Origin: Tubiluchus corallicola
Lineage: Eukaryota; Animalia; Priapulida
Length of the DNA: 64,000 bases
Assembly: GCA_030141605.1 (NCBI GenBank)
Contig: JAQGDQ010000555.1
Location: 78,948-142,947 of the forward strand
Direction: 5' to 3'
Under the pieces are notes generated by a model, which saw only the letters and a list, made by a program, of their open reading frames with translations, made no database searches and was not told where the DNA came from. The translations under genes and the position numbers were made by a program. Shown in pieces: positions 37,799 through 49,700 of the stretch (positions are counted from its first letter, which is position 1; every line of letters begins with the position of its first letter).

Positions 37799-38866
37799 TT
37801 ATGCAATTTTGAAATTGGTCGTGGTTGTTTGGAATTCATCATCACTGTCTTCGATATACTTGTTTCCTACTGTGTGTCTGGTTACTTGATCCCTTTGAAA
37901 GTTTGCTCTTTCTATGGAGAGGTTTTCCATTGCCTGTCTTACATCTTCAGAGCCCTCATTTCTCGCCGCTGTAGCGGCTTCTCTTCTGATGATTTTTCCT
38001 AGCTGTTTCGCGAATTCGTCGATTGTTGGGGAAACATCAGGCTTTTTATATTGCCAAACACTGTATCGAGGGTCGTTTGTGTTATCCTTATCGGAAATGA
38101 TGTGCAATAATACTGTTGTGAGTACTCTGTTATTGTTAGTACTTATGTTGGTGAATGCATTTTGGTTAAAGTTTTTGGCGTACAAATAGGATTTGTCGGG
38201 TCTCCCAACACAAGTTTGCCAGAACCTTTGGAGCCGGAGCAACTCTTTTATAGTCCATGAGCACCCTATTTTCTTTAACAACTCATTTCTGTCCAGTTTT
38301 GTAGACTCTGTGGCTTGTGCTAACAATTGGGGAAGTGTAAGTGAGGCCCACGTTAGGTGTCTCATTACAGCAAAGTTTACATACCGATAGAGTTCTTCTC
38401 CCCGACCAGTTATCCTTCCGCTCCTTACACAAAGCCCAAACGTCATAAGCGCTGTTGCGCAGACCTCCGGACGTGAAAACACTGTATAGTAAGCATTCCA
38501 TAGTGACTCGTTGACTTTGAGTCCTAGTGGCCTATAATTCCACATCATTGAATTCTCAGTTTCTTCACTCAGTACTTTGTTTCTTACTTGTTTCGATTTG
38601 CCTGCCGCTCGAGTGAGAACCATTACAAGAAAACATATTGAGTCTAATTCCCATTCGTAGATGTCGGTAGCTGCCGTTTCAAAATAACTGTCGACTTTTT
38701 CCCACACCTCAATGATGTCGTTGGTCATGACATCTGGTGATCGTTGAGGAAGTTTAGATAGTTCATGGAGTAATTTGCCTGTGTCACCATCTGATCCGGA
38801 GGTTCCAGGCTCTAGATCTTCTCCCTTTGATCCAGCATTCAATTTGGCATAGCTGCCCAAAGTCAT
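37799..38866 (-). CDS. Endogenous Mononegavirales-like nucleoprotein (355 aa from the likely ATG at 38866)
   Basis: Intronless and helical-looking. SYLYAKNFNQNAFTNISTNNNRVL resembles the YA(R/K).F...F..L....N motif of rhabdovirus-like N proteins; acidic C-tail. The upstream in-frame extension to 39136 looks non-coding. Confidence 0.7.
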   Translation of the reverse strand: MTLGSYAKLNAGSKGEDLEPGTSGSDGDTGKLLHELSKLPQRSPDVMTNDIIEVWEKVDSYFETAATDIYEWELDSICFLVMVLTRAAGKSKQVRNKVLSEETENSMMWNYRPLGLKVNESLWNAYYTVFSRPEVCATALMTFGLCVRSGRITGRGEELYRYVNFAVMRHLTWASLTLPQLLAQATESTKLDRNELLKKIGCSWTIKELLRLQRFWQTCVGRPDKSYLYAKNFNQNAFTNISTNNNRVLTTVLLHIISDKDNTNDPRYSVWQYKKPDVSPTIDEFAKQLGKIIRREAATAARNEGSEDVRQAMENLSIERANFQRDQVTRHTVGNKYIEDSDDEFQTTTTNFKIA

Positions 38867-39125
38867 AGTTTTGTGTTGGAGCGGAAAGTCTTGCGAGAAC
38901 TCATCACACAAATTATTACCAGGTGTTACACATTTTGGATCACGTACAGTATTACCAGATGTTACACATTTTTTGCAAAAGACAAATTTACAATTATATG
39001 TAATAGTAAAACATATGTAACGAGCTACAAATTGGATTAGTACTATACAAGGAGAATGCATTACAGGATAAGATACATATTCACAATTATACGATAATAA
39101 AAATATATAAGGTAAGATTAGGTAG

Positions 39126-39390
39126 ACATCAAACATTCGAGTTCGCCATTCTACTGGTGTTTGCTAAAAGAAATTATTGAGTTTACTAAGAGGTTACTTT
39201 TTTATCTCACTAGTACACATTAGGGGTAAACATCAAACATTCCAGTTCGCCATTCTACTGGTCTTTGCTAAAAGAAATTATTGAGTTTACTAAGGGGTTA
39301 CTTTTTTATCTCATTAGTACACACTAGGGGTAAACATCAAACATTCGAGTTCGCCATTCTACTGGTGTTTGCTAAAAGAAATTATTGAAT
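39126..39390. repeat. About 104-bp tandem repeat, 2.5 copies
   Basis: CATCAAACATTCGAGTTCGCCATTCTACTGG recurs at about 39127, 39231 and 39334, and again at about 42115. Confidence 0.85.
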
Positions 39391-40432
39391 TATTAATGAT
39401 TAGTTTTTATCAGCCGTGCTTTTGCTTAAGTCTCAACCTGGTGGAGTGACTCAAATCAAGCACAGTGTTCATGTTTACTGTCTAAAATATCGAAAATGAA
39501 TTGAAAAACATGATTATTTTTCATATACACTTTTATACATAATTGTCAGATATATTTAAAATAAAATGGGGAAATGATGTTCAAAAACTTGCGCAACAGC
39601 TTGTTTTAAAATGCTGAAATTAATAAATAAAAACAATTTTTAATGACTGTTAGCTATGAGCTTATAGACTTTTGCGTCTAATTGTTTTAATCGCTCAATT
39701 AGCTTATCTATTAGATAAGCAGTTAACTCATTGTTGTGTATCAAATAAGAAATCAAATCTTCGATAAACTGCACTTGTTCTTCCGTTAGTTAAATTTTCC
39801 GTGTAACTGCACACACATTAAAGATATTAAAATTTAGCTTACTTCGTTCGTAGAACGTTTTTCTCCTCCATTTTGTGGTTTAACATTGTACTTGAATTTT
39901 GGAGGAGAATATGCAGGTGGCGGTACTATATTAATTCGCCGTGGTATCATTATACGTTTCTTTCCTCTCTCTAAATAAAAAAATCGCACTTTTCTTTACT
40001 TGTGTCGCATGAAAACTAATTGAATGTCGCGTAGGGTGACGTCATAGAACCCTCGGCTGTTGCTCAGGACCAATCAGAGTTCGTAGCGTCACTCCCAACT
40101 TTTGCGTTATTATGCTTCCGGTTGCTATAGTAACCATTGTAGGTAAATTTGCCCTCCTGGTAAATCCTGTGAAATAAGACGAACAAAAAATCAAGTTTAT
40201 TTTTGGTTACTTTGATTGAGTTTTAACGAACTTAATGCTGTGGAAATATAGTTCAAAAGCTGAATCTGACAGTGATAGTTTTTATTAAAATTCGATAAGC
40301 TTTCACACTATTAATATATAACCTTTGCACATTAATTCAACCGCTAACAGATTTTTTCCCACCTCTCATGGTATTTTTCAGCCATTAAATGGGACGTATA
40401 CGTCACCAAATCCCACAAACAGTATTTCTAAC
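39311..40432. repeat. Local duplication, copy A
   Basis: Homologous to 42093-43150 plus 44177-44258. Confidence 0.9.
40037..40134. promoter_or_regulatory. Promoter motif cluster: CRE, CCAAT, ETS, RFX X-box
   Basis: TGACGTCA 40037, CCAAT 40070, TTCCGG about 40116, GTTGCTATAGTAAC 40121-40134. Confidence 0.55.
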
Positions 40433-40982
40433 ATGAACTAGCCTAATTTATACATTGTAAATATTGTTACTGATATGATGTGATCGGAGCAGTAGATCTG
40501 ACGGAAACAGTGAGAGATGCGAAAGACGTTCCCCGATGCACCATGTCAAAAGTTGTCAAGAATTTATCGAAAAAACTGTCGTGGACAGACCTTAGGATTC
40601 TTAGGATTTAATCCCAATTGAAAACTCATTAAATTCAAGCTACAAGCTGGATGAGTTCCATATTCAAATTATATGAATTTCCTTAACAAAATCAGGGAGG
40701 AGCGAGTTTATCATCTTAATCTGATTCATCTGATAAACTCAATTAATATCTACTGAAATTCATATTCCGAAATTTATTCATAACATAATGCACATGGGGA
40801 ACAAACAAGTATTTAGGCCAGCACATTGCAAACTGGTATATTTGCTAAGCTTCAGCAATATGAGTCTAACATGCTTAACACTAAAATACAAATTGTACTT
40901 TAATTCTAATGCAAAACAGATTATTAACTGTGAACACTTGCAAAACGATAGTTAGTTAATTATGGCTAGTAAGCATACTTAC

Positions 40983-41108
40983 TCGTTCAACAACCTGGTT
41001 ACAGCTGTAAAACGTTCTCCCACCATACACAGGGGGTAGGAGGGCCTCCCTCGGTCTTTTCCTCATTGGGAAGTTTGGCAAAAGCCCAGTAGACCTGCGA
41101 TTGTCATA
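40983..41108 (-). CDS. Orphan 126-bp exon (YDNRRSTG...VVER)
   Basis: ttgcag acceptor, gtaagt donor, open frame; paralogous to 41293-41421. Confidence 0.55.
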
Positions 41109-41292
41109 CTGCAAAATAGGGTGAACATTGAGTTTGAATGCTATCCGGTGTCCGGAAGCAAGTACATATATGAGTCTAACATGCTTAACACTAAAATACA
41201 AATTGTACTTTAATTCTAATGCAAAACGGATTATTAACTGCGAACATTTGCAAAACGATAGTTAGTTAATTATGGCTAGTAAGCATACTTAC

Positions 41293-41421
41293 TTTGTCGA
41301 ATGCCTTTTTCGATGGATAAAACGGTCTGCCACCGTATAGTGGTGGCAGAACCGCTTCTTTAGGTCTTGGTAATGGCGGAAAGTTGGGTACTGGGCCCGT
41401 ACGCCCGCGGCAATTGTCACA
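41293..41421 (-). CDS. Orphan 129-bp exon (CDNCRGRTG...AFDK)
   Basis: ttgcag acceptor, gtaagt donor, open frame. Confidence 0.55.
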
Positions 41422-42092
41422 CTGCAAAATAGGGTGAACATTGAGTTAGAATCCTATCAGGTGTGAAATATAATAAATATGTTTGGCAGAAATAAAGGCA
41501 TCTGTAATTTCCTTCAGTGAGAAATGCGGATTGGTTTTAAGATCCGTATTTGTAGAGGGTTGTATATACACTGCAGGTGTCTCTATGCGTAATTCTCAAC
41601 ATCATTTTCAAGATTTGTAGAGAAAACACTTTATCAGCTGCTTCGCTTTTAACCTAAATAATGACGTAGTTATGCGACCTTACGTCATAGAAACCTGCCA
41701 GGCACAGAGGACCAATAAGAACCCTGACAGCTCGCATTAGCAAAAATTATTTATATATTTAATTATGTATTTACTTATATTTTTTTATTTATTCAGTCAA
41801 CAAGGAGTATTTAAATTTTACAAGGTGCGATACAAAAGTATAGTGTCGTGACATTAAATAGGGGAGACCCGGGTAAAGTGGACATTTACGGGTTTTCGCT
41901 CATAAAGTTCAAGACGTTTGATCTGTAACAATCAATTACATGCCCTATTCTTCCGTAGGAAACTCTGCTATATTCATGTGGTAAAAACTTATAATTACTA
42001 TTACTCGTTTAACCGATAATTCCGAAATACGAAACCAAAATTTCTAGCGCAAAGTGGATCTTTTACGACCATTATGGATCATACGTATGGGC

Positions 42093-43150
42093 ATTAGTAC
42101 ACGTTAGGAGTAAACATCAGACATTCGAGTTCGCCATTCTACTGGTGTTTGCTAAAAGAAATTATTGAATTATTAATGATTAGTATTTATCAGCCGTGCT
42201 TTTGCTTAAGTCTGTACCTGGTGAAGTGACTCAAATCAAGCACAGTGTTCATGTTTACGGTCTAAAACATCGAAAATGAATTGAAAAACATAATTATTTT
42301 TCATATACACTTTTATACATAATTGTCAGATATATTTAAAATAAAATGGGGAAATGATGTTCAAAAAGTTGCGCAACAGTTTGTTTTAAAATGCTGAAAT
42401 TAATAAGTAAAAACAATTTTTAATGACTGTTATAGACTTTTGCGTCTAACTGTTTTAATTGCTCCATTAGCTTATCTATTAGATAAGCAGTTAACTCATT
42501 GTTTTTTATCTAGATTTCTGCTGGATTTCTACTGTGTTTACCTATCTTGAGGGCAGGCTGCTTTCTATAGTATGTCTACAATAGACGTAATAGCCATATG
42601 ATGGCGATAATTTTTCTCATTACTAACCTAACACTGCATGAGCTGAAATTTTCCATGTAACTGCACACACGTTAAAGATATTAAAATTTAGCTTAGTTCG
42701 TTCGTAGAATGTTTTGCTCCTGCATTTTGTGGTTTAACGTTGTACTTGAATTTTGGAGAAGAATATGCAGGTGGCGGTACTATATTAATTCGCCATGGTA
42801 TCTTTTTATATCTCTCTAAAAAACGTAGTTTTCGTTTTGCTTGTATCGCATGAAAAGTAATTGAATGTCGTGTAGGGTGACGTCATAGAGCCCTCGGCTC
42901 TTGCTCAGGACCAATCAGAATTCGTAGCGTCACTCCCAACTTTTGCGTTATTATGCTTCCGGTTGCTATAGTAACCATTGTAGGTAAAATTGCCCTCCTG
43001 GTAAATCCTGTGAAATAAGACGAACAGAAAATCAAGTTTATTTTTGGTTACTTTGATTGAGTTTTAACGAACTTAATCCTGTGGAAATATAGTTTGAAAG
43101 CTGAATCTGACAGAGATAGTTTTTATTAGAATTCGATAAATTTTCACACT
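42093..43150. repeat. Local duplication, copy B (same promoter motif cluster at 42878-42975)
   Basis: Aligns with 39311-40310 apart from a substituted segment near 42510-42640. Confidence 0.9.
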
Positions 43151-43336
43151 AGGCTATGCTAAATGACTAACAAAATTCCTTTAAGATATAGGTGTTTAAA
43201 ACATGAATCTAACATACCATTTGGCTTTGTCCTTTTCTCCTTTGCTCCACTTTTAAATAGTTTTAAATAGTTCTTTTTGATTTGTTGTATTTTGTCAATT
43301 TTTTGTGTTTTTTTCTTTTTTTTCTTCCTCCGTCCA

Positions 43337-43954
43337 CTAGTCGCTCTCCACATCAATTAAATGTGGCAGTACCTCGAAAGAAGTAAGCCACATTTCTTCC
43401 GCCCCGTCATACCAGCTCCGCTTGGCTTCCCGTAATATGGAGGCCAGTTCGAAAATATTAAAAATTTCACAGGGGTCCATAGCCACACAATATTGTTCTC
43501 TATTTATTAAACGCACCCTCCCTGGAGCGAAATGGTTTAATAACCTTGCCATGACTGGCATCCCATAGATCCTACTCACTTGGAAGAGTACTATTTCCTC
43601 CTGTAAAATGAATATAAATCCTTATTAATATTTCTTTAGGCAAACCTCTTTTTTTTCTGTAAATTTATTAACGTGATTTTAGCTCCAAAGCTCCAAAATC
43701 ATCAATACAGTGATTTTATTGATACTGGTATTATAATTGTGATTATTACTAAAATTATTACTTACGCCATTAACAACCGATTTCCCATACAAATGCCGGA
43801 AGGTCCCCGGAAAATTTATGCCTAGTTGCCTAATCCGGCGTGATATCTGTTGTAGAAGGTACTCTGCTTCACATAACACGTCATAAATGCTGTCGTCGTT
43901 AGGACTGGGCAACACACCCAATAGATATGCATTCGTAGAAATCTGTGCTGCCAT
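43337..43954 (-). CDS. Two-exon orphan gene, 150 aa (exons 43766-43954 and 43337-43600)
   Basis: ATG at 43954; GGC/gtaagt donor and ttttacag/GAG acceptor join two ORFs in frame; CATAAAAG TATA-like element at about 44070. Confidence 0.65.
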
Positions 43955-44269
43955 TGTATGCTAGGTTTTAAGAAACAAATTGATGGATAAACCGCTAACA
44001 ACAATCTACAAACTTCACCAAGCACGGGCTAAATCCAAAAGAGGCTACTTAAAAGCCTAGGAGTCTCTTTTATGCTTAAGAGGCCTGGGAACTTTCGTAT
44101 ACTGTGTATAGAATTTGACTCCGTTTCGGTCCCAATGCTCATTACTACGCAATAAAAGTCCTAATAGTCAAAACCCTTTTTCCCACCTCTCATGGTATTT
44201 TTCAGCCATTAAATGGGATGTATACATCACAAAATCCCATAAACAGTATTTCTAGACATAAGGTCCAGA

Positions 44270-45300
44270 CATCAATTTAACTCCATTAGTCTTCTTTGTT
44301 TTCTTTGATGTTTCACTCTGAAAGTCTGTTGTCTACATTCACTTCGCTTGACTGGAATTCAGGCAGATTGAGTTTCAGTTCCATAAACCAAATCGTGGGC
44401 TAGGTCATCTTGTGTATTGCACACAACGGGTTCAGAATCTATTACTCTCACAAGCTTCTTACAATGTTCAGCTGTGTTGCCGACTCCCACTTAAATATCA
44501 CTAAGCTCACCAAAAAAATCAAGTTTAGGGCCCTGACCTTCGATCCACTGGGCCACCTGATCTACATTCTGTCCATATACTACTATACGCTTTGCAGGTT
44601 TAAATGACAACTTTCCATAAATCCGAGCTTCAATTGCCTCATCACTCTTGTACCTTTCGTCAACATCTAAAAGACCATATCTGTTTGTACCCAGATCAAT
44701 CTTACAATCAGTTTTCTCATGGTTAGCCAGATTTGGTTTTCCTAAACCGACCTTATACCAAGTCTGCTCCTCAAGTTGTTTGCTTAACACTCTAACTACA
44801 CCTCTAAGCCTGTTTATTAAAGCATTAATCTTGTTTCGTTGCACCTTTTCAATCTTTTCAATTAACCTCTTCGCTGATCCAAGTAACTTGTTCATAATTA
44901 GCTCTTTGGCACTTTTCCTCTTCTAATTTTTCTACAAAGCGACATCTTCGGGCACAGGCTTTCTTGATTTTCTTGACTCTCGCTTCGTACATTTGCATTT
45001 GTTCTTCTGCATGCATAGCTTGCCTGGATCTCACTTTCTTTTGAGCAATGATCCGGTTGAGCATTTTACTGCTCTTATTTACTAATTTTACGCTAAAGTT
45101 TTGCTCATCTTTAGCGTGAAAATTGGTCAAGGTTTGCAGTCTTCCGTGTTCCTCATCTAACCAATTTTAATATCCTATCCCAACAATCTCCTGTCTGACC
45201 GGGATAGAATCGAACGTGCGCTGAAATTCTTCTAGTTCATCTTTTTTCAAAGGAATTTATCCCTGACTCTATCAAAGGAATTTGAAAAAGCGAAAACTCG
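44270..45300 (-). pseudogene. Degraded intronless ORF of unknown origin
   Basis: ORFs 44858-45130 and 44491-44895 overlap as if frameshifted; coding-like sequence continues past single stops on both sides. Confidence 0.45.
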
Positions 45301-46757
45301 ACTTTTAACCGTTTCTACATCACAAGTCACGCAACATTGTGAATCTCAAGTATTGATACTCTGCAAAACGGGCACTTACACTCCAAGTTTGCAAGCTTGT
45401 TTTTAGTGCAAGTTTGCAAGCATTGTTCAAAAAGTGCGTTGATTACAAAAAACAACGAGGCTAAAATTTGTATGGACAAATCAAGGAAGAATCTTTATGA
45501 GAGCTAATGAAAAAATGGAATCCTTCGAAATAAAATGTGAAGAGGACTTAACCTAATTTGAACTGTTTCAGATTCTGATTATACTTATGCTCGTCTTTAA
45601 CGCTAATCAAGTAAACAGGTATCTTTCTTATTTTAAGTTTCTTTGCCGTTTGTCAGATTGCCCGTTCGCCTAATACAGTTCACGTGTGTACTAATTGTGT
45701 GTGCATGCCTGCGGGTGTATGTATTATTCATAATTGTATGTATTATTCAAGTTTATATTGTATAAGTGAGCAAAAAATAGCTCACATTTTTTTGTATGAT
45801 AACTAGAAACAGTTATCGGTACAGTCGTAATGCCTATGCAGGTTGGTACTGTAAGTGATTACAAAACTAAGGATACCACCGAGTAATAATTACAAACAGC
45901 TTAGTGTGGTTGAATGAAACCAGTTTTTTTTTGTCCGTATGTTAATTGATAACCTTGACTACATGGGTAAATGGTCCAATGAATAAGCGATTCGTAAATG
46001 GTTGCGGACGAGATTTTGTCACGTATCAAGTATTTAATATATTAACCTGTTTACAGAAACCGATTAACAGATTACCTTGAAGTGAAAACTTTAACGTACC
46101 TGGGCATAACCTATGACATTCACAGGTACGCTGCCTTGATTGCGAAATTGTATTTTTTTACCAATGAATACACGAAGGGATTTTTTTGAACAAGCACTGT
46201 TAGACACTAAATGAAACGTGAGCGTGTAATATTTTTAATACAGAAGTGACTCCATTTTTTATATGGCGAGACAGCTTAACGTAAATTTATGCTTAAATTC
46301 ATGCTTAACTCCATATTAAATTTACCCCTTTTTAGAAAGATATGCATAAAAAATAGTAACTTTGTTTCAATTTTCACTTATTAGCAACATGGATATATAA
46401 TTAAACTGTATTAATCCTACGTACCGTGATTAGTTAATATCTGGCAAGTTATTTTCTGTCTATATATCATTAACAGTCAAATTTAAGTGGAACCATATTT
46501 CTAAATATGAGACTATTTTTGTGTACTTTAATGTATAATCAAAGAATTCATACTACATCAGTAATCCAAAATACATGTGCAAATTATATGCTCCAGGATA
46601 TATTAATTTGATAATTTGAAGCAATTATTTTATTTATCTTTTTTTAAATCAAAGTGGAAGATAGAGGCAAATAAGTCGGCCCTAATTACTACCTCAGTTT
46701 TTTTGTATTTTCTTTCTTTTTTAACAATTACTCACCCTCTTTAACTACATCATTCAT

Positions 46758-49700
46758 ATGTTAACATTCTCATGTCCCGCTTGCGAGAAACCTGTTAAAC
46801 ATAACCAAAAGGCTCTAGGATGTGACAACTGTTATAGGTGGATTCACCTAAGATGCTCACCGTTATCAGTTGACGATTATAATGACCTGGCTACAGATGA
46901 TAATGAATGGTTTTGCCATCTTTGTCTACAGTCTATTTTTCCATTCAATAATATACCAGATGATGAAGAATTTAAACATATTGCACGTTTTTCAAATATT
47001 GGTTCTATCTTGTGCGATTATAACTTAAATCTCTTTTGCGCTGAATCAGATGATAGCAATAATATCACGAATATGGCAGATCCTGATTTAAATTTTTTTA
47101 ATACACCAAACTTAATACCAAAAAGCAATTACTATGATGAAGATCAGTTCACATCTTTGTACAGTAACACTGATTTCAATACACCACTGTCTATGATCCA
47201 TGTTAATATTCGTAGCCTAAAAGCTAATTATGATTATTTAAATGTATATTTAGAATCATTAACTATAAGTTTTTCAATTATTGCCTTATCAGAAACATGG
47301 CTCCAAGATGATTCAGGAGTAACCATTTCCCTGCCTGGATATGAATTTGAATGTATAAATCGTAAACACAAATCTGGTGGTGGAGTCGGCTTGCTTATAA
47401 GGAAAGACATACCTTATACAGTGAGAAAAGACCTGTGCCACATCAATGATCCAGACATAGAATCACTTTTCATTGAATTACGCAGCAAGAATAAAAATAC
47501 AATAATGGGAGTAATATATAGACCACCTGGTGAAAATCCTAACCATTTTACAGACAAAATACAGAACACTATGGCAATTGTTAATAGACAAAACAAACAT
47601 ATTTTCTTACTAGGGGACTATAATATAAATTTAATAAACCATGCTTCTCACAACGAAACCGGACACTTTTTAGACACAATGCTGACCAATTATCTGTTTC
47701 CTACTGTTACAAGACCAACAAGAATTACGCCTTATTCAGCAACACTAATTGGTAATATATTTACTAATGCACTAGATTATAAGTACAAATCAGGTATTTT
47801 TCTAACAGATATAACAGATCACCTCCCAGTTTTTTTTTAATTATTGATCTCAAAATTGAAACATACAGTAAGGAATACGTGCGCAAACTTATTTATAATG
47901 TTCATATAAAAAACAAAATTATCCAAGATTTAAATCAATGTGACTGGTCAGATGTATATTCTGCAACTAATACTAAAGACGCATACAATTTATTTCATAC
48001 TAAGCTTTCTGATATCTATAACAAACATATTAAACTACAGAAAAACAATAACAATCATAAAGCAGCAAAAAAAACTTGGATCACTACAGCAATTTTAGAA
48101 AGTGTTAAACGGAAAAATAAAATGTATCGTTCTCTGGTGAACAAGACAAATAATAACGTATCTGAATTAGAATACAAACGATATAGAAATGAACTTAATA
48201 CAGTTATAAATCCATCAAAATGTCAGTATTATAGGGATAGATTGATGACAGTTAAAGATAACATAAAAAAGACATGGGATACAATGAAAGAAATTATGCA
48301 TAAAGAAAGACAAAATCGACCCATTACGTTGTTCATAAACAGTAAATTAATTAAAAATAATGTAGAGGTGGCAAATGCTTTTAACGATTACTTTGCCAAT
48401 ATTGGACCAATATTATCAGAATAAATTGAAAACACAAACATAAATCCATGTATATATCTTAAATGTGCCTACCGACAAAGCTTTTTTATTAGTGCAGTAA
48501 CAGAAAATGATATAATAAATACTTGCAAATCCTTTAATCGGAATAAAGGTCCTGGTAAGGACAAAATGTTACCTAAAGTCGTAATAGACACCATTGACTA
48601 CATCTCTAAACCTTTGCAATATTTAATTAATTTATCTTTTCTTACAGGTGAAATACCAGTGAAATTAAAAGAATCAATTATTGTTCCTTTGTTTAAATCA
48701 GATGATCCCATGTCTCTGAACAATTATAGACCAGTGTCCTTATTGCCTTTGATATCAAAAATATTAGAAAAAGTTTTTTACTATCAGTTATCTCATTATT
48801 TAATAAATAAAAGAATTCTGAGTAATAAACAATTTGGTTTCAGAAAAGGTAGCTCCACTGAAATAGCCTTAACAAAAATTATAGAAAATATCATTAATAC
48901 TGTTGAAAAAAATGGCACATCCTACGGAGTATTTTGCGACCTATCAAAAGCATTTGATACAGTAAACCATGACATTCTGCTAAATAAGTTATCAGAGGTT
49001 AATTACGGTATCAGAGGTTTGCCTCATATGTGGCTAAAGAATTATTTGACAGGGCGCACTCAGACAGTAAAATATAATAATGCTTTTTCAGATGTAGCAC
49101 CAATCAAATGTGGCGTGCCCCAAGGCTCAGTCCTTGGGCCACTACTTTTTCTAATTTATATTAATGACATCAAATTTTGTGTTAAAAATCACAATTTATT
49201 TCAGTTTGCTGATGATACAAGCATTTTTTTTAGCTTTCATAAAATAGAAATCAATATTGACTACATAAATACAGTTCTACATGATCTAGCTATATGGTTC
49301 AAAACAAATAAACTGTCACTAAATTCATCAAAAACAAAATACATTCTGTTTAGATCCCGAAATAAACCAATTCAGGCGAACCACGATTTAATAATAGACC
49401 ATAAAAGAATTACACGTGTAAAAGAACTGAAATTTCTGGGATTAATACTGAATGAGCATCTAGACTGGCGACCACATATATTCATGATCAGATTGAAAAT
49501 ATCAAAAAATATAGGTATTATTTCATATATTAAAAACTTTCTGAAAACCGAACATCTTCTAACATTATACAACAGTTTAATATTATCATATTTAAATTAC
49601 TGCACAACATTATGGGGCTTTACTTGTACTACAAATTTAGAATGCTTAAGAGTTTTACAACGAAAATTTTTACGTGTCATCTTTAAACTAGACAAAAGAT

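Noticed and set aside
38867-39136. N-terminal 90 aa of the 445-aa ORF
   Set aside because: AT-rich, low-complexity read-through containing a short direct repeat; the ATG at 38866 (AAAACTATG) is the more plausible start.
41859-41890. TA-GGGGAGACCCGGGTAAAGTGG resembling a DNA-transposon terminal repeat
   Set aside because: No matching opposite terminus found in the window.
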